Assembly (NCBI GenBank): GCA_015680685.1 | Contig: MNCI01002813.1 | Location: forward strand, 551,259-615,258 | From: Gnetum montanum | Lineage: Eukaryota; Plantae; Gnetophyta | Direction of reading: 5' to 3' | Length of the DNA: 64,000 nucleotides | In this document: positions 1 to 12,899 of the stretch, one piece after another | Position numbering within the stretch: the first letter of the stretch is position 1 | Layout of the letters: each line of letters begins with the position of its first letter | Position numbers and translations under genes: made by a program | Notes under the pieces: model-generated | What the model was told of the DNA's origin: nothing | The model's input: only the letters and a program-made list of their open reading frames with translations | The model's database searches: none

Positions 1-448
1 ATTCAAGAAAGCTATTGGGACATCATCGTATAACTTAGTCTATGGTTTGCCAACAAGAATCACAAACAAGATTATAATCTCAACTTTTGAATTTGTATAA
101 ATATATAGTGAAAGGATTGATAAAGATAGAAGTTTCATGACTTTGCTTATTAAAAGAGAAGCTGAAGTAGATAAAGCAAGGGATAATTTGTTACGGAATA
201 CCTCTCAAGCCAAAAGATGGTTTGATAGAAAATCTTTAAAAAGAACTTTCAAGATAGGGGACCTTGTCCTATTATGGAATGTGAAGAAACCAAATAAATT
301 TACTCTGACATGGATTGGCCCTTTTCAAATTACAAAGAAATTGTTAGAGGATACTTATAGATTATCAACCTTGGATGGCATAGAATTGCAATTTCCATAT
401 AATGTTTTGCATATAAAACATTATTTGGGACAATTGCATACAACTTGA
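1..448 (+). mobile_element. 3' end of Ty3/gypsy pol (integrase C-terminal GPY/F region); begins before the window
   Basis: ORF 137-448: QAKRWFDRK..RTFKIGDLVLL..KFTLTWIGPFQI..DTYRL..PYNVLHIKHY matches the integrase tail pattern 'F.VGD.VLL...K....W.GPF.V......YRL......N...LK.Y'. No chromodomain follows. Confidence 0.85.
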
Positions 449-794
449 AGATGTTATGATACAAAAATAATATATGTATATAGTATTATGTAAATATTAC
501 TAGTAATTATTCTTTATTTATATTTGAAACATTATCTTTCCTTCAAATGGGGAAAATGGAAGCATACAAGTGAAACAAGTGGAATTCTACAAATTTGACA
601 AGTGGGGAAGGTGACTCATCCACCACTTGTGTGAGGATTGTGACAAATGGTTTGAATCCCTATAAAGAAGGAAGCTTGGTTAAAGACACTTAGATGAAAG
701 TTAAACATTTTAGCACCTATAAAAGGAGAGGTAGATTGCTTAAGATTTCATCTTCTTTCATTTCAAGTTTGGTAGTGAAGGTTAGAGAGAGCTA

Positions 795-1307
795 ATGGAG
801 TTTAAGAGAGCAATGAGAAAGCCTTTTATTCCATATGTGATGGGATGCCACCCTGAGCATGTATTGATGGTTTATCTAAAGGCTAGATCTTGTGGAGCTC
901 CAAAGGAATGCCCTTTTATGGCTTGGCTATCCGATGAATTTTCTTTTCTCACTTGGGGTTTGGATGTAGAGTCCAATGTTTTGGGGCGATATCAAGATTA
1001 CTCCAAAGAAGAAGAGAAAGAAGAAGAGCCACCAACTTATGGAGGGTCATCATGGGGATGCGGAGAAGCTTTGGGCTCTCAAGAGGAAAATGAAGGACTC
1101 AATGAAGAAGGACAAAAGAGCTCTTTCCAAAAAGAAAATGAAGAAAAGGTTGAAGAGAAAGCTCCACTAGATCAAGGTGAGAGCTCCACCAAGCAAGAGA
1201 ACAACAAGACCACCTTCATCACATCAGAAATCTCCTATGAAACGGTGAAGGAGATGAGGATTCCCACTAGGGTAACCCTCACAATTCAGTTTCCATCCCA
1301 AGAATAG
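795..1307 (+). CDS. Intact 170-aa ORF downstream of integrase (Cys/His N-terminus, acidic C-terminus); putative retroelement extra ORF
   Basis: Uninterrupted ATG-initiated ORF, preceded by TATA-like cctataaag (~659) and cctataaaagg (~716). Function unknown. Confidence 0.45.
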   Translation: MEFKRAMRKPFIPYVMGCHPEHVLMVYLKARSCGAPKECPFMAWLSDEFSFLTWGLDVESNVLGRYQDYSKEEEKEEEPPTYGGSSWGCGEALGSQEENEGLNEEGQKSSFQKENEEKVEEKAPLDQGESSTKQENNKTTFITSEISYETVKEMRIPTRVTLTIQFPSQE

Positions 1308-2744
1308 TCCATGAAGGACTTGATGATGTACAGTTTATTGTTTTTCTTAGGAATGAGGTTTTTGTCCCATTACACCTTATGTTAAATGGGAATTTTCCTC
1401 AAAAAAGATTCTTTCTTTTTGAAAAATTCAGTGAGAATTTTAGTATGTTTCAATTTCATACTAAAGAATAATTTCTTTGAGTTTTTAAGGGCGCAAAAAT
1501 GTTGGCACATTTAGCCATTTTATGGAATAAAGACATGAGATGATTGATATTTTTTGAAATATTACAATACAAATATTTGGAATGGAAAGATGTAATTGGG
1601 CAAAGTATTGAAATGGCAAGAAGAAAGGGAGATGGAAATCACTTAATGGTAACATTAGGATGACACTGTCTCTACAAGTCTTGTTAAGAAGTCCTGTTAC
1701 ACATTTCTCAACATATGGTATTTTAATGAATTCCCCCGTGGACTAAGATAAGGATGTCAAAGGATAAACATAAAACTTACCTAGGTTCCGAATGGAGATG
1801 TTGATTTTTTTTGGGTTACATCGCACAAATTAAAATAAAAATCAGATTTTTTTTTACTATGGTATGAGCGCAAGGTACCAAGGCATGGTGCACCTCTGGA
1901 AGGACTGCAGTGTTCGCCGAAATTTTGCAGGTCACGATTGAGGGCAATGGTGAAGAAGATGGCAGTGGAGTAGACCTCGATCGAAGGAAAAGATGGAGAC
2001 GGTGGCAGAGACAGCAGCGCAACACTATTTATGCATATAAAAAAAATGCAGTTGCGGTAGTCATCAAAAATAGAAACAAAAAAAAGGGACAGACATTGGC
2101 AGAAAAATAGCAAAATAAAGCCAAAAAAATCCCCTCGTACGTTGCCAAACCCTACTAGATTCTATGCTATTCTACATGAACAAACCCTCACCATTTACAA
2201 AAAGAAGAAGCTTTGCCACCACGAGAGGAGCCCTAATATTTACACACCTTAAAAGTAATCACAAAATTGCGTGGTACACACGGCACAATATTTTCAGGCA
2301 GTTACAGGGTTTTTGCAACTTACCTTAACTTTTCCTGTAACTAATATTTCAAGAAAAATCCTTCCATGGCTCAACACATTTTCAGGAAAATAATCTGCCT
2401 ACAACCTCATCGAACAGGCCTGGGAATGCATTTCAAAATTTTTCTAGGCAGTAAAANAGAGGTAAAAAAAGAAGAAGTGGCAATTACAAGCTTATCCACC
2501 CTGGGACCTGCAATCTGGAAATACTAACCATGCCCGATGTTGATGCCTCTGATACAACGATGTTTCCTGACACTGCGGCTGAGCCTTCTCCTGTGATGGT
2601 AGTTGCTGGTAATGATTTTTGGCAAAGATATTTTGAATCAGTTGCAGGATTGATGGCTTTGTCTTTGGGCTCGTATTTCGGGTCATTCTGAATTTTAATC
2701 TCAATTATCAGATGCAAAATGAAATTAACTACCGCTACCACCAA

Positions 2745-3926
2745 TAAGGGGGATATTATATTGAATTTTTATCTTAGATCTTAGTGACACTGAGAATTTA
2801 AAATTTGAATTAAATTAAATTAAATTAGATTAGATTAGGGATTTAGATTTATTTAAACAAATCACTTACAAAGGTAATATTCCTAACTATATAACTCCCT
2901 CCTAATTAANNNNNNNNNNNNNNNNNNNNNNNNNNNNNNNNNNNNNNNNNNNNNNNNNNNNNNNNNNNNNNNNNNNNNNNNNNNNNNNNNNNNNNNNNNN
3001 NNNNNNNNNNNNNNNNNNNNNNNNNNNNNNNNNNNNNNNNNNNNNNNNNNNNNNNNNNNNNNNNNNNNNNNNNNNNNNNNNNNNNNNNNNNNNNNNNNNN
3101 NNNNNNNNNNNNNNNNNNNNNNNNNNNNNNNNNNNNNNNNNNNNNNNNNNNNNNNNNNNNNNNNNNNNNNNNNNNNNNNNNNNNNNNNNNNNNNNNNNNN
3201 NNNNNNNNNNNNNNNNNNNNNNNNNNNNNNNNNNNNNNNNNNNNNNNNNNNNNNNNNNNNNNNNNNNNNNNNNNNNNNNNNNNNNNNNNNNNNNNNNNNN
3301 NNNNNNNNNNNNNNNNNNNNNNNNNNNNNNNNNNNNNNNNNNNNNNNNNNNNNNNNNNNNNNNNNNNNNNNNNNNNNNNNNNNNNNNNNNNNNNNNNNNN
3401 NNNNNNNNNNNNNNNNNNNNNNNNNNNNNNNNNNNNNNNNNNNNNNNNNNNNNNNNNNNNNNNNNNNNNNNNNNNNNNNNNNNNNNNNNNNNNNNNNNNN
3501 NNNNNNNNNNNNNNNNGAATCTTGCTCTATTTCTAGTTTTCTTGTGGAACTATCTCTTTCTCTGGGGAAAATTAGGAGTAGATTGCGGAGTTGTGCTCAA
3601 ATGTTTTTGCAAAATTTTATTTGTTACAAGTAGGTATTATAAGGACCGCGTAGACTAGGTAGTTGAACAAAATAGGAAATTTTCAACAACTCACAGTACT
3701 TGGCAAAGTTGGCTGAATCTCTTTAAAGTAAGTCATTTGTAGTTCACACACAATGCAATTGTTACATTTTACACAACCACATGCCGCAACAGCACACACA
3801 CATGCTCACATTAACTAATGAGTTTATTTGGAGGTATCTAGGCCTTGGTGTTGCTAGAGACCAACAGGCACCTAAATCCTGTTCGAGGACACTCGTTGGC
3901 AGTTGCGTCCCAAACAGTCACCAACA
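2745..3926 (+). mobile_element. Possible PPT plus 3' LTR of an unclassified LTR element (spans N gap)
   Basis: Purine run aataagggggata at ~2743-2755 followed by AT-rich LTR-like sequence; possible ...ccaaca end at ~3926. No second LTR visible. Confidence 0.25.
2910..3516. other. Assembly gap (N run)
   Basis: Run of n. Confidence 0.99.
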
Positions 3927-6900
3927 ATAATATTGCAAAAAGTGGAAAGAAAAATATAGAGAAGGAATGATGGATAAGATAAAAAGGTGAAAATGTAACA
4001 TTACTAGATCCTTAACCAACCATTCAATTAGCTCATGAAATCATGTGAGCATGTTCTACACTCCTCAAAAGATCCACTACTACATCCTTTTACTGCTAGT
4101 TCTCCACATAGTAAAGATTGACCTTCAAGTTTCACGTTAAAATGCAAGATCATACCTACCACTTCTTATGTCATCTAGCCTTGATTATTTCATGGTCTAG
4201 CCATTGGTGAAATTGAACTAAGGAGAAAACTATAGATCATACAAAAGTCAAGATTTTGATTTGGCTTTATTTCATCCATGAATGTATGAAAACTAGGTTC
4301 CTCAAATTTTTCTTTAATGGAAACATCTCGTAGATCTTTTTAGTTGCACTAATCAGTTCCATATCATAGAAGTGATTATAATGTTATGACTAAGAAATTT
4401 GGAATTTTTAGGTTTATTATAGTCATAGTTTGGATTAAGGACCATGACCTTAATCCTTAGGAGCAAATAGATTTGGGATTTGGGTGGAAGTAGCATTTGA
4501 CATTATCAAAGGTTACTAAGAGAGGGACTTTAAGACCTTCATTGCTATGGGTAGGGATGAAGAAGAGATTGTCTTAGACTATTACATTTTGAAAGTCAAG
4601 TGATTAAGGCAAGAGGTTAAATATGAAAAAGCATTATGAGCAATCTTAGGATTAGTCTAGGATGGTAAGAATACTAATTTGTGTAGACTTATAAGCTTGA
4701 ACTTGTATTGCTCTTCCTATTATCTCCTCTTCTCATCATTGTTATTATTTTATTATTTTTATTTTTTCTTTTCTCTTATTTCTTATTTTTTATATGTTGT
4801 TATTTTTTTCTCATATATATATATAGTTTCATTTTTTATTCATTTTTTCATCTTTTCTTTTCTTTTTCATGAGAATTTGGTTTTCAAATGATGTGTTGGA
4901 ATCACGGGAATTACTAGAATGCCGAATCATTACTTAGAGCCTTCAACTTATATGAAGATGAGAATTCATCCCTTAATGCATGACACACACAAGTTCATGT
5001 GATCAAAAATTTCTTTTGACCATGGTGGCTAAGCATAGCAGTGTGTGCACCTTGTTCCAATCACACCCATTAGATCTATCTAATGGTAATAATGATCCTC
5101 AAGAACACATTCTTTTCTTTCTAGTGACTAAGTACTCTTTTGGAATTCTGGAGAGTATATTAGAAAATGTAAACCCATTACCTACCTATGGTTGCATTGG
5201 AATTAGCTTCAATAACTCATAGTATGAGTCCTAACATTTTGCTCAATTTGAGTCTACTTCATTAATGATGAATAGAGAAAAAGTGGGTTGATGAATTCTA
5301 TTGCATGGACATTGCATCAATCAAGATTTTACTTTGGATCCATTTGATACTCTTGCATTGTCATTGCATTTATACCTCACCCATCCACCATTAGCTTATT
5401 TGGTGAGCATTCATAAAGCACATTAATTTGATTTTCAAAACACACATAAAAACCCTAAACCCTAAACATACAAAAAATATAATATCATATGGGATTATTT
5501 TTTAGTCTTAAAAACTATAAAAATTCTAACTAAACATACTAAATTTATTAAATACATGAACAAAAATAGAAAAAATATAAGAAATTTTTTTGACCTAGTG
5601 GACCTCTTGGTATAGCATAGAAATTAAGTGTTAGGCATGCTTAAAGGTCAAAGATGCTCTTTGGGATGCTCTAGGTGTTACTTATTAATGAGTAAGATTT
5701 TGTATAGCTTACTTGAATGACATGTTTTTATGACTAGGAAGGATCACAAGGTATCTTCTCATAGTATGTCCTTCCTATCTCATTCCTCCTACCAATTTCA
5801 AGATGAAGGTCTTGGAAGACTAACCTAGCATCAAGGATGCTCAAAAAGGCCCTCCTCATGCTAATAGGGAAGTTGTCTTCCATCTTATTTTCTAGTTTAA
5901 TCATCAAGAAATATACAAGGTAAGACTAGCCTACCAATTTTATCATTACATTATTCACCTATGCCATGGGGTACATGTATCATTGATCTACTAGCTCTAA
6001 CCAAATGTTAGTATCATTAAGAGGAGAAATCCCTCAATTAAGATGCTGCTACAATGAGATGATATTGACTTCTAAACCAAAGTCACAAAGAGCTAGGTAG
6101 GGATTTTTTTCATCAATTTAAATCTTTACCATGGGACTCTTAGGTTCTAATCTCTTTTCAAGCAATTATCATTCCTTGACAATCTATGTAGCCATCTTGG
6201 ATATAGAAATGGTGATGACAATACCATCATTATATATTATCTTATCAAATTTTCCATATAGGGTTGTGGAACTTATCCCTAAAATAGAAGTTATGCTTGG
6301 AAGATATTTAGAAAAAATTACAAGGACCTTATTAATGTGGTTTCCCATCTAGCTTGCATTGGTATCCACTCCACCAAATGAATAAAAATGAAGGGTATCT
6401 AGTTCAATAGCACTCATGTTTACACTTGTGATAGAACCTTTTATCATGGGACCTTGGACATCCCCTTACAACTAAATAAATAGTTGATTGATAATATTAC
6501 CCAATCATATATGAAAATAAAATAGTGTAGTAGGTGATATTATAATATTTAGCTTTCCTTGATTGTAGTTAACTAAGTATCCCACCTTACATGAGACTAG
6601 GAAGTAGAAGTTGTTGCTCTTGTTAAGAAGCTTAGTGAGTAGGACTACTTGGTATTAGCAAAAAATATTGACATGTTATATATAGGGATTGGTAAGTACC
6701 CTTTTGGACACCTTGGAAGTAGGGATTGATAAGAAGCATCATCTCTTATTGCATTGCATTGAATGAAAAAGATTCCATGGAGTAGTATCCCAAAGATTTT
6801 GAGTTTGCCACTACTGGTACTACTACCTAGGATGAAGATATGCACCTCTAGGATAGTATAATTATCTAGGATACAAAGTCCATATTCTTTATATTTTAAT

Positions 6901-7249
6901 GATCTTGGAATTCAAAGGAATCTTAGATTATCCCATTTCACTAATCATGTGAACCATGACTAGGCAGCGTTATGAGCCATGAGGATTTGCATAATTTTTG
7001 TAAGGATCTTTATCATTAGAGGATGAGGAAGCCTCATCTAAATATTCTTTAATTCTCTTAGATTATGAGAGCTTACCTTTATAGTTACCTTCATAATTCT
7101 TGCTGACCTTTTGGTATGTCAAAACGTTAAGAAAAATGAAGTAAAAGGATGTTTGTGTGGTTGTTGTGTTTATAGGAGCAAGAGCAAAAGACTCAAGGAC
7201 TCACAGGAGCATGGATTAATATAAATAATTCAAGAAAAATGTGTTTATT

Positions 7250-9393
7250 TTTGTTGAGGATGATTCTTGGATGTTTTGGCATGTTTTAGAGTGTTTTTGG
7301 CTCACTTTGATGAGTTTAGGTGTTTATAAGTTCTATTGGAACTTGTTTGGAGACATTCAAAGGCTCTTAGCATCAAAATGAGTAGTTTCATTTTTGGCCC
7401 ATGCAGAAGAGATGTCTTTCCCATACCAAAGATGTCTTTCTAGTAGGTAGCATAGGTGAATATGTCTCTACAAAATAGTAGACATCTTTCATTAGACAAA
7501 GATGTATTTCCCTAGGCAAAGACATTTTCATAGAATGAAGGATAGATTTAGAAAGACATCTTCCATTAGGCAAGGATGTATTCCAAGAATGGAGATTTTA
7601 GAAAGACATCTTTCCTAGACAAATACATCTTCCTAGAATAGAAGGAAAATGTAGAAAGATATCCTAGGCATGAAGAAGACATCTTCTATGACCATTTGTG
7701 ACCATTTCCAAGCCATTACATGAGTTCCAAGATGAATTTAAAAACATGGTAGTTATAAGAAGACATCATATGCATTGGGAAATGTGTAAGATTATTTGTA
7801 ATCATTGTACAATCATTTTTTGAATCATTGTAATCTTTGTTGCTATTCATTGTTTCATCATTTGTTAAGTGTAAAGTGTGCTATACCTCAATGTACAAGG
7901 ATCAAAAAACTAATTTGCATTTATCCCTTGTAATTATTCTTTCTTGTTTCCTTGCATGGTTGATGTGATTCTTGTAGGAAAGCATCTTACTTGAGCTTGT
8001 CGAGATCCTATGGGATTGAGTTGTTGGTGCTATGATACAACACTCTAGAGTAGAGTTCAAGATTGTAAAGGTTGTGGAAGCCTAGAAACCACATTCCAAG
8101 CCTAATGGAACCTTGTGGGATTGAGTGGCTAGTGTTGTGGTAGAGCACTCTATAGTGGGACTTGAACACTATAAAGGGTGTGAATCCTTCAACCACATTT
8201 AAGAGCAAAAAATTTTGGATGTGTGCTAGTGATCTACCCTTTGAGTGTGGACTACCCATGTTCAAGAACCATGTTAAATTTGGTGTGTGTGCCTCCTCTT
8301 ATGCCTCCTCTTATGCTATTTGATCATAGAGCTATTTTCTATATAGAAGTTCATATCCATCACATAGTGCCTCATGAGCTACATAGAATACATAATCATC
8401 TTCTAGCCTAGTGTTTATCAAGGCCTCTTTAAGATCATGTGTTGTAGCCTTAGCTAGTCCCTTGGAGAACAATCCATAAGAGTCATGCCATCTACTTTGC
8501 TTGTGTTGGAACGCCTCTTCTAAACCTCTTTTACATCCCTAAAGGTGGCCATTTGTAGGTTTTAGGAATTTAGAGAGATATCTAGAAGATTATAGAGACA
8601 TCTTGGCTGAGAGTTGATGTTACATAAGAGACGTTACAAATTCATAGGAGATATCTTATCCACAAAGGAGACATCTCAGGAAAGATATTCTATCTAGACT
8701 AGAGACATCTCTAGAAAGATGTTAACCAAAGAGAAGATGTCTCACCTTAATAGGAGATGTCTCCAAGAATTAGGAAATGTCTCATCTAAAAGTCTAGAAT
8801 TATAGTAAGACATCTTGCCAAATTTGTAGATGTTCTATACAATTGAGAAAAGTTTTGATTTACCAGTTCCAAGTTTGAAAATAGTCAAAAGATGAGAATA
8901 AGATGGAAATAGTTGGGAATGTCCAAGTTAAGCATGGGGAAATTTTTCCTATGGTTTGTTCTTATATTTTAATAAATATTATTGTTTGTATAATGCTTTT
9001 GGCATACCAGAGAGTGCCATTATAGCACATATGTGAGATTACATAAGTTTGTGTGCATCTTTATGGTCAATTATATGTGTTTGAGCCTTGTGTCTCTTGT
9101 GTATCCTATGTATGTTGATCTTAGTCCTATGTTCATGAATGAGATCTCATTCAATTATGCCTTGCGTTGAGTACAATTATTGCATTGTTGTAGAGCCTCA
9201 TGCTTTGGAATTGCATTAAGTATATGAGTATATTGTTGAGGGTTTTTGACCTAATAATTTCGAAATTTATTTACATAAATTGAAGACAGGTATTTGTTCT
9301 ATTTTTTTAGGAAATTGAATTATTTCCATATATTATGACATTCGTTGAGTGTTTGAGGATTAAAGAAAAGAAAGTGATTCTACTCTAGTGTGA
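7250..9393 (+). mobile_element. Putative 5' LTR of CRM-like element (left boundary approximate)
   Basis: Lies immediately upstream of the PBS at 9395. Contains AGACATCT/AGATGTCT motif arrays (7410-7690, 8575-8830). Segment ~7950-8290 is homologous to the reverse complement of ~16380-16740. Confidence 0.5.
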
Positions 9394-9394
9394 T

Positions 9395-9406
9395 TGGTAT
9401 TAGAGT
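9395..9406 (+). promoter_or_regulatory. Primer binding site, tRNA-iMet type (TGGTATTAGAGT vs canonical TGGTATCAGAGC)
   Basis: 10/12 match to the canonical iMet PBS, both mismatches C>T, directly upstream of the gag-pol remnant. Confidence 0.8.
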
Positions 9407-9457
9407 GTTAGGTTGAGTGTTCCTTGGAATTTGGCTATAGATTTTTGTAAATTTCAG

Positions 9458-12300
9458 ATGGCACATAATAAAAAACTAGTTTAAGCCCTCAAAAAAGACA
9501 TGAGGAATATAAAGTATTTTTAAACTGATGATTACTTGACTAGATGAGATCAGTGCTAAGGTAGATTGTAATGTAGGTCCTAGCCATATTCAAACTTATG
9601 ATGATGTTGAGCATTCATGTTAGAATGGTGATGAAGATGTTTCTTAGCTTAGTGGAGTAGGAGTAGAGGATGAGGAAGTACATTCTAACTATGGTAGTGT
9701 AGGAATCCATTAACTAATAACTCTAGTGGAATGGAACCCAAATCTTCATATTAGATTTCTAGGAATTCCATCATTGGATCTACTTTTTCAAATGATCAAC
9801 TTGATGAAAAGGACAAAACAAGGCTTTCTAGAGCATTCAAAAATTTTCCTAGACTTATGTATGCAAAACTGAAGACTTCAATGATATAGATGACACTAAT
9901 GATTTTTCAAGGTATTTGAAGGTACTTAATAATCATTTTGAATTGTAAGAGATATCAAATCTAGTGTGGGTACCAATTGTTGAATCTAGATTAGAAGGCA
10001 TCATTTCTCCTTGGTTAAAAAAAGAGTTTTGTAGTTATGAAAGGTAAAATAGAAAATCTATTAGAAATTGAAATATGATGAATTATATGTTGAGAAAAAA
10101 ATTTGAATAGTCTTGGTAGAAGCAAGAGATAATTATAAAGGTTAAATTACTTAGGCAATATGACAAAGATGTTAAGGAGTTTTACATCAAATTTGTAAAC
10201 TATTATATCAAGCTAACATAAATTGGGTGAAGTATGAACATGCTTCAATCTTTCTAGGAGGTCTCGAAATGACATATCAGTAGGATTTGTCATTCCATGA
10301 GCCATAAAATTTTGATGAGAATTATGATTTATCATTCAAGATGAAGAACAAACTTAATGGATTTGGGAATAGGTGCAAATAAGCTTCAAAATGGAAGAAA
10401 AAGGATTCAAATTAGAAAAGGGATCTAAGTCTAAATCTAAAGATAATGATGGTATCAAGGGCAAGAAGTAAGAGAAGGATGGTGAAAAGGATAAAGCTGA
10501 GAAAGACCAAGGTAAGGGAGGTAATGATCAAGATAGCAAGTCATCTAAGATTTAGTGCTTCAAATGTGGAGAATGGGAATACAAGCAATTAGAACATCTA
10601 CTTCACAAGGCATCCAAGGACAAGGATGTGTAAACCATGAAATTAGAGGAGACATAAAGCCAAGATCTTTAGAGGGATAATCTTGATGCTTTGAAAATTG
10701 AAAAATTTTGTGAATTAAATTCTTATGTATTCATGGGCAATGTGAATAGAGAAGACCATCCCCTAAGAAAATTATTATTATTAGATTGGGGCTTGATTTT
10801 TTCTTAGTGGGGAATGGATTTATATTTTGAGCAATGGGAAAGGCTAAGAAAATTTTATTTCATATAGGATACTTCTTAGGCTAAGTTTAGTGATAAATAC
10901 TCATCCAAAAGCCTACAAGGTACATTGGTTGTTAAGAGATTTCTTTCAAGAGGTGAGAGAGCAATATGTTTTAAAATTTAAAAATAGGAGTTATAATGAT
11001 GTTGTGAAATGTCATATTTTATCAATTAATTATGCTGATGTAATTCATGAAAGGGCATGGGATTTTGACAATGGTGCTCAATTTGAAAAAGCAAGAAATG
11101 TATGGAGTGTAGCTAGACTTAATAGAATCCATGAGTTAATTCCTATGATAGATATGCAAGTGAGGTAGTAAAGCTTACTATATGGTTCCTTAATTCTTAT
11201 AGGAGAGAGAAAATATGTTAAAGAACATCATGAAACTAGTTTTAAGTTTACTGTTATATCAACTATTTCTTCTAACAATGATGTTGTACAAGTATTACTT
11301 CCAATTGGTGTGCTAGGCTTGAAGGAGCAATTTCCCACAATGTTCAAGGGGGAATTGAATGGATTATCACTAATGAGGAATGTACAATAGAAAATTGATT
11401 TCAACCTTGATGTCACCATTCATAATGAGAAATCATATTGGATGTCACTGAATCAATCGGTTGAATTACAAAGGTAAGTAGAGGAGTTACTTACAAATGG
11501 CTTCATGAGAGAATGCATTTCACCTTGTGCACTTCTAGTAGTGGTTGTACTAAAGAAGGACAATCATGAATGAATAATGTGCATTAATTCATGTGTAATA
11601 AATAAGATAATAATGATATACATATTTCCTATTCCAATAATGTATAATATCCTTGATGTCCTTACCATGCAGAAGTTTTTGGCAAAATTAATTTAAGGAA
11701 TGGTTATCATCAAATTTAGATCAAGCCTAGTGATCAATGAAAGATAAGTTTCAAAATACTAGATGGATTATTTGAGTGGTTGGTAATGAAATTTGGGTTC
11801 ACAAATGCACTTGTTTCATTCATGAGGTTGATGCATGATGTACTCAAAGATTTCACTGGTAAGTATTGTATTATCTTCTTTGTTGATATTTTGGTATGTA
11901 TATCTAATAAGAAGAAGCACTTGGATCACTTGAGAAGAGTATATCTTAAATTAGAGAAGGAATAATTGGTAATCAATTTGAAGAAAAGTTATTTCTCCAA
12001 GAGGAAGATCATATAAGTGGGACATGTCATTTCTAAAAATCAAATTTAGGTGAAAGCTAACAAGGTGATCACTATTAGAGATTGGCCAATTTCTAAAAAT
12101 GTTGAGGTAAGATCAATTTTTTATTTAGTAGATTTTTATTGGAAGTTCATTAAAAATTTTAGTGGTATTTCTTGGGATATGATTTATTTGCTAAAGAAGA
12201 ATAAAGATTGCAAGTGGGATGATGAAACCTGAATGAGATTTGACTGATTGAAGGAATAAATCACTAGTAAACCTAAAGGAAGTTGCTAATTTTTCCAAAA
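9458..12300 (+). pseudogene. Decayed gag-protease-RT of a CRM-like Ty3/gypsy chromovirus, truncated before RNase H/integrase
   Basis: Zinc-knuckle remnant CFKCGE (10556). CRM-type protease HPKAYKVHWL...YNDVVKCHIL...HERAWDFD (10890-11168). RT LVMKFGFTNALVSFMRLMHDVLKDFTGKYCIIFFVDILV (11780-11965; canonical MPFGLTNAPSTFMRLM...YFDDIL) and KVITIRDWP...FYWKFIKNFS (12050-12232). Many stops and frameshifts. Confidence 0.9.
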
Positions 12301-12899
12301 AAAATAAAATTATTAGTTGATTCATTATGAAGTTAAGATATTTATGCAATTCTTTAATTACTTGAAGTTTTTCTAGAAACAGCTAGGGATCTCAAAGTTA
12401 AGCATGGGAAAAGATTTCTTATGCCTATTATTTTAGAATTTAATAAATATTATTATGTGTCTCATGTGAATAACTACATGGAAAGTTCATGTTGCATAGT
12501 GGAAGCTTGGCAGCCAAATTTTTATCATGTAATTTAATAGGAATTCAAGAGTAGAAATAATTGCCTTATTTTCCCATTAAAAATCATACCTTGTGGCCTT
12601 CTTTTAGCCTAAATTTGGAATATTTAAAATATGTAATATAAAATTTGTAGCACACAAGGTGTGAGGTTTATTATGCTAGTGTATGAGAGCTAAAAAGTTA
12701 AAAATGTTGCTAAAATTGGCATAAAAAGTGAAAAACGTTAGTGGATCATACACTATAGTTTTTGGCCATGGAAATAGCTCAAATATGTTGCCAATCATTA
12801 TAAAAAGGTTAAAAAAAATGCATGTGGTGCATACACTATAGTTTTGGGTAATGAAAATGACCAAAATACTCTATGTAACCGTCCAGAACACTATTTTTG

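Noticed and set aside
2484-2744. 86-aa minus-strand ORF as a host gene exon
   Set aside because: No recognisable domain or convincing partner exons; it lies next to a PPT-like tract and a gap.
5750-7180. Possible antisense ORF remnant with a TATA-like cctataaac at ~7170
   Set aside because: Too decayed to reconstruct a reading frame or domain by eye.
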